Shown in pieces: positions 52,312 to 63,249 of a stretch of DNA of 64,000 nt. Under the pieces are notes generated by a model, which was given only the letters and a program-made list of their open reading frames with translations, searched no databases and was not told the origin of the DNA. Each line of letters begins with the position of its first letter. Within the stretch, counting starts at the first letter, position 1. The DNA is taken from positions 158,536,001 to 158,600,000 of the forward strand of contig NC_058368.1 in assembly GCF_018350175.1 (NCBI RefSeq). Direction: 5' to 3'. The stretch is from Felis catus. Its lineage: Eukaryota. The position numbers and the translations under genes are program-made.

Positions 52312-53095
52312 TTTTTAATGTATATAAATGTTTGCTACATTTTGTGTGTTATTTCACTTAGTAACCAGTCCTTTGCTGGGACTTGTAAGTACATAATGAA
52401 ACACGGAGGTCCATACGTATGATAAATCTCCTCTGCTTCCCTTCCCTCACTGCCTGCATTGGCAATAGTTTTATAATTGGGGGTGTTTTTTTTAGGGGGA
52501 GAGATAATTTGGGTGGGTAGTGGGGAAAGGATAAGGATAGCGTACAAACTTTTAAAAAATGTATATAAATGTTTTCGTATTAATTGATTTTGTACCTACT
52601 CTTAGCATGGATGTATAGGTACTGAATGAAAATTGAGGATCAGTGTATGACAAATCTCCCCTTCTCCCCTTTCCCTTATTGCCTGTGTTGGCAATAGTGA
52701 GTAGAATAGTTGTGTATTGTTTATTTACTTGGCTTTTTTCTTTTTGGAGGGGTTTCTATTTTCGGCAGGGGAATATTCTTAATACATATGAATATATTTC
52801 CTTTCATTTTGTATTTAGTTCTTCGCATGGCTATCTATGTAGGGACCTAAAGGAAATTGAGTTTCATAAATTGACAGTTCACTTCTTCCTTCCCCACATA
52901 TTTCCTCATTTATCAGTGGCTAGTATAGTTGTTGTTCTGTGCTTATTTTGTTTTATTCTCTAGGAAATATGCCTTTAAAAGTATAAATATATTTATGCGC
53001 ATATCTAATCTGCTTCCCTCTTTTTTTTTTCATTATTTTTCGTTAATACTTAGTCCCTTGCAGGGCTGTGCATGGATCTAACAAAAATAAAGTCC
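49780..53095 (+). repeat. Diverged tandem array of ~14 units of ~235 bp, each with a PRE-like motif and hairpins, in the putative LNPEP 3' UTR
   Basis: Recurring core TAGGTACCTAATGA..GTGGAGGTCC..TGTATGACAATCTCCTCTTCTCCCCTTCCCTTATTGCCTnnnnGGGCAATAG; 3' hairpin positions start at 49861, 50045, 50287, 50513, 50757, 50963, 51258, 51483, 51708, ~51971, 52192, 52448, 52677, ~52899. Confidence 0.92.
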
Positions 53096-54402
53096 CACCA
53101 GATCCCTGTCCTGTGACTTGAGAGGCATTGGGGTGGTGTAACTAATGGCTAACAAATGTACAGCAAATAAGATGGGAGCAGACACTTGGACATGGTTGAG
53201 TTGTGAAAGCCAATCAGGGTCAGCATTTCTTACATTGATTCAAACTGAAGGAAAGGGTGAGACGGGACCTGTACTGTGGAAATTCCAGAAAGGCAAGAGG
53301 ATCATACTAAGTAAAAAGTGTGTTTAATGTTCATTGCTGATTAATCTTTTAGTAACTGGTAAGCCAGTAAAAGTGCTGCCTAGAACTCATTTGAAGACCC
53401 TTGAGAGTAGCTTCTTTGGGGGGCTGGAATTCTGATTTATCTACAGAAGTCTCTTGCAGTTCTATAGACAGCATATTCTTGTGTAGCCAATAAAAATTAT
53501 TTTGACTTTTGGAATGAACTTTTTGAGTTATTGCCATGGTTCTAGTGAATAACAACATGGGCCCAAAAATCATTCCCTTAAAAATTGGGGGGCTAGCCCT
53601 CCTGTCTTTCAACACCCATATATGGGAAGGCAAGTTGGTCCTTTCTTACCCAGAGCTCTTCTGTGTGGCTGCATCTCTCCCTTCCATTCTCCATTAGCTG
53701 GACCATTCTTGTTCTTTTTTTTCTTCTTCTTCTTCAGTGCCTGCAGTATTAGATGTTATACTCAAGTACACTTAAACATGTAAGCCGGTGTTGCCTCATC
53801 AGCTCTATGTTTTTGCATGCATTTCATATATCCAGACGTGTGTGTTCGCTTTCTTGAATCATATTGACTCTTTATCCACCACATGGTAAATGTTAGGACT
53901 CCACATTTGTCTGTATCAAAGAAAATGCATGTGTAAAATCCCCCACTCCCTCCCTGCCTCCCTTTCTTTCCTCCTTGCTTTTTTCCTTCAAGCTTCTGAG
54001 CAATCTTTGTTTCTAATGCTGAAGGTTTGCTATATTATTTTGTTCTATTATATATATATTTTTAGAAACGTTGCTAGATAGGACTCCTAGAACATTTGCG
54101 AAGAGATGTCATTTACCATATCAAACTCTCAGGTCCTAGTGTTGAAATATTAGCCTGTACTTTGCTTATTTATACCTGCTGCTGTAGAAAAAACAAAAGT
54201 TTGTTCATGACACATGTAATTATGATCATAAATAAGAGAGAAAGGGACACCTTTTTGAAATTAGTCATGGTAGTCATTAGTGATATCTCTGAGCAGTTCT
54301 TAATTTGAAATATTTCAAAGAAGTAAAGGTCATGGATTAGCTGAATGAAATGCTCCAGAAGTTGCACTGTATAAACCATCAGTACAATAATACACTTGTG
54401 TA

Positions 54403-54474
<72 letters not shown>

Positions 54475-54920
54475 GAGAATTACAGCATAATTGGAGCATT
54501 TGCATTAATGAGCAAACTCACGCTGAGACGAACTTAGTCTCCTAGCCGTCTTGATTAAACCCAAGTGTTCCACGTTGCTATGAAGAGTAGTAGTCTCTTT
54601 CAAACACTTTGAAAAGTAATTATTTGGAAACTTGTAAAACTATTACGTTTTTGTATTTAGACACCTATACGGATCTTCACTTCTTTGAATCTGAGCTTGT
54701 GGGTGGAATTCTAAATTTGTATCATAACCTGTCTTTTGTGGAAAATTTTGAAAACAGTATGTGTAATATAATATATATGCAAATTGTGTTGTGTCACTTG
54801 TAAAGGGAAAAGGCTTATTTTTCTTTATACTTCTGATAACTTGTTTTGCATATGACCAGCACTGACTGAAAGGCATGTGTAATTGCAAACACTGTTGCTT
54901 TTTCTTTTTTGTGAAATGAA

Positions 54921-54926
54921 AATAAA
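54921..54926 (+). terminator. Candidate distal polyadenylation signal AATAAA
   Basis: U-rich upstream (tttttcttttttgtg), GU-rich downstream (ctgtgtgg), at the edge of the transposon-poor region. Confidence 0.6.
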
Positions 54927-55094
54927 GTATTTAAATATAAATACTGTGTGGACTATTTGGATAAATAAATTGCACATATAAAGTGGTACATCTTCTCAGA
55001 TTATATACTCTACAAGGGTAATGACTGTATTCACTGTATTGCATTGTTTGTTTTTTACCCCACTAGTACCCCAGTATCTCTACTGCCTGTAACT

Positions 55095-55300
55095 CAAGGT
55101 TTCTCAGGCTCACACTATTTGATATCTGGGGCTCTCCCGTGCATTCTATGATGAGTAGCAGCATCCTTGGCCTCTAATGCAAGTAGCAAATATGGGCTAA
55201 TGGAACTTCCCCCACCCCCAGTGTGACAACGAAAAATGTCTTAAGACATTGCCAAATTTCTCCTGTGATGGGGTGGCGTGGGGATTAAAACTTTCAGTGG
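55095..55300. mobile_element. MER20-like hAT element
   Basis: agcagcatccttggcctcta...gtgacaacgaaaaatgtcttaagacattgccaaat. Confidence 0.7.
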
Positions 55301-55839
55301 ATGCATGGAGCAGGGGGCTCAGTAATAGTTATATGAACTGTAGAGCAATTATTTACTTTTTAGACTGAATTGCTTCCTATAAACACCCAGTACCACTTGA
55401 TACAGTAATAATTCAGTACCCAAATCAGAATGAGACATGTAACTACTTATGCCAGTGAAACCAAGGAACACTTACTATCTGAAGGTGAAAGGACACTAAA
55501 TGTTTTCAAAGGACACCCCTTGCTTTGATTCACATGTAATTGGAGTGGGAGTGCACAGCTGTTATCAAGGGACACTGCGATAGTTATGTTCCTGGTCATG
55601 TCTACAAAAGGAGTTTCTCTGTTCTAACCCCATGAGTAATCTTGAGAATTGAGAATTTCTTAGGCTTCCAGATATGAGAACTAGAACCAATATTCTCTTC
55701 CAGTAATTGTTAGGGCTTAAAGTTGGGCATTTTAGAGCAAATTCAGTGTCTCTTAATCCCCTTACCCAAAAACCTGTTTCTGGGGACACAAAGAAGCCTT
55801 GAAGCCATACCTTCTTACAATCTCCTATGGTGATCATTA

Positions 55840-56860
55840 ATGGAGAATCAACAAAGTGAAGGCAACCCACTGAATGAAGAAGATATTTGCAAGTGATCTG
55901 TTTAGAGGTTAATATGAATAACTTCTACAACGCTACACTAGAAAACCAAATAATCTGATTAAAATGGGCACAAGAGACCTGAATAGACGTTTTTCTAAAG
56001 AAGACCCGATAGCTAGCCAACATATACATGAAAAGATGATCAACGCCACTCATCATCAGAGAAATGCAAATAAAAACCACAATGAGATATCACCTTACAC
56101 CTGTCAGAATGGCTAATATTAAAAAAACCAGGAAATACCAAGCGTTGACAAGGATGTGGAGAAAAAGGAACCCTCATGCACTGTTGGGGATGTAAATTAA
56201 TACAGCCACTATGGAAAACAGTATGGAGGTTCCTCACAAAATGAAAAATAGAATTACCATGTGATCCAGCAATTCCACTACTGGATATTTATCCAAAGAA
56301 TGAAAACACTAATTTGAAATGATATACCCATCCCTATCTCTATTGCAGCATTATTTGCAACAGCCAAGACATGGAAGGAACCAAAGTATCCCATTGATAG
56401 ATGGATGGATAAAGCTGTGGTATGAACGTTATTCAGGCATAAAAAAAGAATGAGATCTTGCCATTTGCAACACACAATAACCTAGAGGTTATTGTGCTAA
56501 GTGAAATAAGACTGAGAAATACCATGTGATTTTGCTTATAGGTGGAGTCTAGAAAACAGCAAAAACACACCCATAAACACAGAGAACAAACTGGTTGGTG
56601 GTTGCCAGAGGGGAGAGAGGTAGGGGTATGGGCAAAATGGGTGAAGAGGAGTGGGAGGTACAGGTTTTCAGTTACAGAATGAATAAGTCATGGGGATGAG
56701 CGATATAGCATAAGGAATACAGTAAATGGTATTGTAATAATGTTGTAGGGTGACAGGTGGTAGCTAAACTTGTGAGCATAGCATACGTATGGAGCTGTTC
56801 AATCAGTATGTTGTACACCAGAAACTAATGTAGTATTGTGTTGTCAACTAAACTTCAATA
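55840..56860 (+). mobile_element. L1 (carnivore-type) ORF2 end plus 3' UTR
   Basis: aaggcaacccactgaatg...gaaatgcaaataaaaaccacaatgagatatcacc...gttgtacaccagaaactaat. Confidence 0.85.
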
Positions 56861-57002
56861 GGTAATAGTAATGTACTGGGGTAATGTTCTTAGGAATTTT
56901 GATTTTGATCAAAATCTTCTGGTTACATTTTTTTATACTTTTTTATTCATGGATATCTGCAGTAAACAATTGAACTAAAACCCATTATAAATGTAGAGAA
57001 GA

Positions 57003-57207
57003 GGGGCGACTGAGTGGCTCAGTCGGTTGAGCGTCTGACTTTGGTTCAGATCATGATCTTGCTGTTTGTGGAATTGGGCCCTGTGTTGGGCTCTGTGCTA
57101 AGAACTCAGAGCCTGGAGACTGCTTCGGATTCTCTGTCTCCCTCTCTCTCTGCCCCTCGCCCACTCACTCTCTTTCTCTCTCAAAAATAAATACACATTA
57201 AAAAAAA
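57003..57207 (+). mobile_element. SINEC_Fc-like SINE
   Basis: ggggcgactgagtggctcagtcggttgagcgtctgac. Confidence 0.9.
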
Positions 57208-58187
57208 CTTTATTTTTCAAAATCATTTTTAGAATCCATGCACAGGAGAGTTTGATTTGGTTATATTTTCTAAAACTTGTGAGTTGAACAATTGACTTAC
57301 ATGCTATACAGGAGTGTTATTACCAGAGAGCAAAAACATACTTTAAAATCATCATCACAGCCTACCTTCTATAGTCAATAATTAGTGATATGTTTCCAAT
57401 GCTTTCTGCTTGTTCTTCATTTTTACTACTTTTCTTATGGATGGCCATCCAATCGATTATGTGATTGTGATTTCTATTGTTGGCTGAGCTGAATTATAAT
57501 CAGGACTTTTGCTTACATGTCTAAAAATTTTTATTCTTACTATGCCACTTATTTTTTTTGAAGGAAGAACGTAACGTAACATAGTAAAATAACCAAATAG
57601 AGTGGTTAAAGTAGATGACGTTGCCATAGTTGAACTGTTGAGCAGGCCGCACCAGGAGGCAATAGATTCAAAGAAGTCAGCGACAGACAAGAAGCCATGT
57701 CAGCTTAGGAAAGGCTTATTTATAAAGGGGACTCGGCGTGTTGCTTATTCACATGCCATTTGTATAGAAGCCAAGTGTGGGAAACAAGAAGCCCTTTTGT
57801 TCCATGTTTTCTCATGCTGCTCATCTATGTGAACATAGCCCATGTGATCCTTGGTTTCTTCATCAGGATTGTACATTGGCTGCCCTGGTATTTATGGCTG
57901 AGCATATCTTCATTTACTTTGCCTCCTAGCCTTTTGTGATTTTTAACTTGAGCAAAATTCTTGGAATGTTAGTATTTTTACATGGTAGCAAAAGGCAATG
58001 ATTTCTAGAAATTTAAATATTTGAAATACTGTGGAACATAGACTGGCATCAATCAGGACTGGAACTGGTTCCTGGTACAGTGATTTTCCACTTGTCTCTT
58101 AATTCCTATTAGCCTCAGTGGTGTCCATTAATAAAAGAGAGATACTGCCTACCTTGTGAGGTTGTTAGCATTAAATAAAATATCTAT

Positions 58188-58295
58188 AGGGTGTCTCGGT
58201 GGCTCAGTGGGTTAAGGTCCAACTCTTGGTTTCGGCTCAGGTCATGACCTTACAGTTCTGGAGTTCGAGCCCTGTGTCACGCTCCGTGCTGAGAG

Positions 58296-58333
<38 letters not shown>

Positions 58334-58398
58334 CCTTCCCTGCTTGTGATTTCTCTCTCTCTCTCTCAAAATAAATAAATAAATAAACTTAAATAAAT
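58188..58398 (+). mobile_element. CAN-SINE
   Basis: TSD AAATAAAATATCTAT flanking; (CT)n and (TAAA)n tail. Confidence 0.9.
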
Positions 58399-61300
58399 AA
58401 ATAAAATATCTATGAATTACCTAGCACAATGCCTGTAAATATCACAGTGACATGGTAAATACCACTGCCATTGTTAAAACTGCCTGCTGTTTTCTGGGGT
58501 GTATGGATGTTAACACCATCAGTTACAGATGGAAATGAGTTTTTTAATTGAATATGGTTATATAACTTGCCAGTTCGGAAATTAGGGAAATACTTTCAAT
58601 CTAATCCTCTTTGTAAATTTAAGCCTTAAATATGCAGATTTAATTTGAGAGTTATTGTAGTACATTAGAAAAAGCATGAAGTTATATAGATCTCACTGAA
58701 TTTGGTTAATTATAAATAAGTATGAAATAAAATCTTGATTATTGACTAAATGCAATGGTGGTAATAACACCTATTTTGCAGTAATAACATCAGGCACAGG
58801 TATATAGGAAATATATCTGGTACTTCATATATGCTTGTAAATACTCCTTTTTTTCCTTTCAATAATGTATTTGCCTTCAGTATGCAAAACAAGCATGTAC
58901 GAGTGTCCATTCTACCTAGAAAATATTGTGTACAACTTTGGGCATGGCAGAGAAATTGGCCAAATGTGTTAAGATCTTTGTTAGTGCTAGAAAGAACTTT
59001 CCATATGATACAGTCTAATTCCCTAATTTTACTGATAATGTAAAGGAACTCAGAAGCTCTGCCTTAGCTATGACCCCCAAATATAACTTATATGTTAAAT
59101 TTGTATATGTGTTTGTATTAGAAAAAGTTTGTGTCACCTTTGAGACAAAGGATGTGCAAATGCCTACAGGATACTATTTCCTTGGAAATAAGAATATTAG
59201 AATTTACTGTTGAAAGAGGTGTTTCATTTTAACATAGAGTGTGGAGCTAAACCTATCCTAATATTTTAACTTTAAACTCAGTAATGTGAACAATCTACCA
59301 TGATTTCGAAAGAGTAGATATATAGTATATTATCATATGCCCTTTTTTGTATGTTTGAACTAAGTGGGTACAAGGAAGTAACCTCTCTCAGGTGGAAGAT
59401 GCTAATGTCAGGGAGGTTCAGAAAGACTTCTCTCCCCACCAAGGGAAATATCAGGGAAGAGGAAGGGGTGGTTAAAACAATGGTGAGGTGCCAAGTGCTG
59501 TAATGGTTGATAGCTTCACCAACTACAGGTAGAAGATGAGGATGAACCATTTTCCTACAGTAGTTTGAAGTCAGCCTGAGATGGGCCTTTTGTCCTTGAG
59601 TGGGCTGTAGAATCCTAGACTGTGGGTGCTGACTGCTGTCTTTCTTATGTTTCTACAGACTCCCTGTTGCCAGAAGGTCAGGAACTTAAGGAAGTTTACA
59701 GTCATGGGAAGAGACAATATTAAAACAGTTTTAAAACCATCCACTTGACATATTTAGTCTTTATTGGGAATTGGGTAGGGGGAAATAACCTGGATGTCAG
59801 TTGACCTTCCCCTGCCCTGCATCCATGCCCATGGTCTCTTTTCTGCCTTGAGCAAACCTGGGCTTAGAACCTAATACCTCTTTCAGATTCCTTCCCACAA
59901 ACTCACTATAGCCAAAGCATTACTGAGCAGTGCAGATTTTCCCTAGGATTCTATAGGGGAGAATCTCTCACATGCCACAACGAACAGCTTCATCATCACT
60001 TGATATTTCTCTTCTCCAGAGCCTCTCCTTTACCCTGTTGTTTCTGTGGGATCTTTTCACTTCCTGTAATCATCCAAAACATGCATGCACACAGCCACAC
60101 GGATACACACACGTGCACCTTGCTGACTGCTCACTCTTACTCCTAGACATCTCCTTGAACTTGAAATGTCTCTCCTCTGTGGCATTGCACTTTGGCCGCC
60201 TCACCCAGATGCACATGGCCAAGTGCGTCAGGAGCTCCAGGGAACTAATGGCCTGCAGTTAGCAGCTGGTCCCTTGATTTAGTGGACCCGTCTGTGGCTT
60301 TTTGCTATTTGGACATACTCCTTGGAATCTTATCCCTTACTCAAAGCAGCTTATCAACTCTTTATTTCAAACAAGCACATTGTTCTCATAAAAAGAAACT
60401 TTATCTCCCTCTTTTGACTGGCAACCAATTTCTTCCTGTTTTTCTCAGCTAATAAGAAAATTGGCTTATAATATCTGAGCATGTCCTGAGTTTTGGGTGA
60501 GAGAAAGCAGCCATAAGTTGAACCGGTAGAAGAAGGAAGCCAGGCCATGTTTCTCAAATGTTTTTTATGGCCCATTCACTCAATAAATATTTGTAATCAT
60601 CCACTATGCACCAGGACTTGTGCTAGGTGGGTACATGATGCCTGACTCTAATGTGAGCAGCTGGCTGCAGCTGGGAGAATGCCACCTGGACTTTATAAAC
60701 ACTGGCTGCGTGGTGGGTGGTAAATAGTTGAGGGCAGTTGGGTTCATGAGGAACAGAAGTGAAGGGCGTCCCCTGGGAGGTTTTAAGCTACGAGGTAGGT
60801 AGTTCTGCAGCCACCTCAGAAACAGCAAGCGCCTGGAGTGGAAGGGGGTGGGGATGGGGGTGGGGACACTGGCTCCCCAGCCAGAATTCCCCCTCCGCTC
60901 CTGTGGGTGTGTGGTGCAATGTGAAAAACGGAGGCCTCTCCCCAGATTCTGCGTGAGTGCCCACACGTCCCGCCTCATGTCACTGATTGGGAACCAAAGA
61001 CACTTGATTCGCACTGAGGAACCACACAGGTATTCATTCCTGAGGGTGTTCCAAGTGAATGACAAGAGGCTGGAAGTTAATTGCCTGTTTCAGTTTCACT
61101 CCAGGTTTCCCTTAAGTTCTAATTAGCAATAAATGCGTTTGGCTCACCTCAGCCTAAGTTGTGAGAATGCTTCCTTGTCTGAGTTGCTCAGGGTAGCTAG
61201 GCGAGAACAAGGAGAGTGTTTCAAGATAGACTTCTAAATCAGGGAGTCTCGATTACACCACAGTTCAATAAAAGGGAGAGGGCTTGCAGCTGCCTGCACG

Positions 61301-61812
61301 TTGAAAACTTACAGGTGAAGTCACAGAGTATGATTAATTAAACACGCCACACAGGAGACGCGCTGTTTGTCTGCTTGGCTTCAGATGACAGGCACCGCGC
61401 CCCCTGTATTTCTGTTAGTGTCATCTAGCCTCAGGAATTCTAGCGGCAGTTCTGATCTTTGACCTCTCTGAGGTTTTTACCTTAAATTAAGAACAGTCTG
61501 CCAGAGGTCTTTTATTTATTTATTTATTTAACCAATGAGAACAAGCTTTCGGATGCAGCTACCAGGATTACCTAGTTAATAATAGTAATGTGATGGGTGG
61601 CCGTGGAGATGCCAGGGGGACCACTGAGGTGAGCTCTCACCTCCAAGGACAGAAGATTCGGTGAAGGCCAGGAGAAGCTGACAGGTGTGCTGGGTCCTCA
61701 GCTGCTAGAGGGAATGCTTAATTCAATTCGGAGCAGACCTCCCGAGTGACCTTTCCAAACCTTGTTTTTTGTGCTAATCCACAAAGGGTGGCAGTTCACT
61801 GAGGAACTGCAC

Positions 61813-61918
61813 AAAATATGGAATGCTTCACAAGTTTGTGTGTTATCTTTGCTCAGGGGCCATGCTAATCTTCTCTGTATCGTTCCAGTTTTAGTGTCTG
61901 TGCTGCCCAAGCGAGCAC
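61813..61918 (-). pseudogene. RNU6: U6 snRNA pseudogene, full length (106 nt)
   Basis: Reverse complement reads GTGCTCGCTTGGGCAGCACAGACACTAAAACTGGAACGATACAGAGAAGATTAGCATGGCCCCTGAGCAAAGATAACACACAAACTTGTGAAGCATTCCATATTTT; about 11 substitutions vs U6 by my count; no TATA at -30. Confidence 0.93.
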
Positions 61919-63249
61919 GGCAGAAGTCTTAGAACTTGTGATGCAGTGCCAGCAGTAAGTGGGCGAAAAATTCTGGTGGCTTCTGTCCTTGCCCAGTGCT
62001 CACCAGGAATGAACAAAAGCAGGTAAGAAGACTTGTTTGCTCTGAGATGGCTTAGAATCCATGCAGCCTGTGTGGAAGGAATCTGAGTTGTACAGACACT
62101 AGGGAAATTTGAGTCAATCATAACAAATTCTGGAAAATGTGCTCCTGTGAGAGGACATGAAAGAAAAAATGTTTCATGAGGACTGGCCAAAAATGGAAAT
62201 GCTTTTCTCTGTTTGAAAGAGATGCTTAGCTAGCTCTAAGGATTTCCTACCTGCCTTCAAGGTGGCCAAAGCTGTTATCTGATTTATGTAGCCCAGAAAT
62301 CTCCGGTAGCCAAGAAATGAGTTGGGCTGTCCTGAGTAGGACTTGCTCCAGCAGGAGCCCTGGTAGGTGGTGCTTTCCCAGGACAGCCAGATTCCATCTG
62401 GGAGGAGGCAGTGCATGGACTTGGGTGGAGGCTACCCCCTCCCACAGGTGGGAAAGTGCTGCCAGGTCTCTGCAGGCAAGGAGTCTTATCTCGGATCTGT
62501 GAAATAAAGGTTCTTGTGGGTTAGGCAAGAAGAGTGTGGTCCTCAGAGGTGTTCCTTGGTTGCCTTGCTGATGGTTGTCCCAGGTTAGCCCATCAGCCTG
62601 CTCAATCCGTACTGAGGCTGATGTACTGTTTGCCATTAAATGTGGCTCCAAAGGACATCATACTGAGTATACAGAAGAGAACTTCAGCTCAGGGTCCTCA
62701 GCCTACAGCTGCTCTGGGAAAATATCCTCTCACTCCTTACCAGACCAGTTCTGCAAATAGTTGGTAGAAAAACAGAAGACACATTTAGACAAGACTAGTA
62801 AGAAGGATGGGTATTTGAAGGTATTGGGCAGTGGACTTCTATTGGAGAAGGCAGTCTGGCAAACATGACCTGTGTAACTCTTGTGTAACCTTTTGTAGCT
62901 CCACTCTTCACAAGGGTTTGTTCAAGGTCATGATGTTTTGAGGCAGGTGCTTCATGATTTAGAATCCTAAGCTTATTGATGCTCCATACACACTAGTAGT
63001 CCACTTGTGCAGACTCTCCTAGGAGAGTAAGAAGCATTCCTGGGGCAGGGTAGACTCTCCCTTGCTTTATGCAGGCCAGCCAGTGGCTGGGGATGGGGTG
63101 GAGAGAGACAGGTCGATCAAATCTTATAACATCTCAAGTGGATGGTGCTACTTAGTTCCCCAAATCCTTGTATATAACTCTTCTCTCCTTTCCTACTCTG
63201 GATAAGAAATAATTTCTGGCCGTAGCAAAATAGTAGAAGCAGAAGATAC

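Larger units (their letters stand above)
46310..54945 (+). other. LNPEP: Putative long LNPEP 3' UTR (~8.6 kb)
   Basis: AU-rich and free of the young SINEs/L1s that fill the introns; ends at an AATAAA, after which transposons (MER20, L1, SINEs) resume. LNPEP is known to have long mRNA isoforms. The exact end is inferred. Confidence 0.7.

Noticed and set aside
49780..53095. Repeat-spacer layout resembling a CRISPR array
   Set aside because: Mammalian locus; repeats are >100 bp and diverged, spacers are low-complexity, and there are no cas genes
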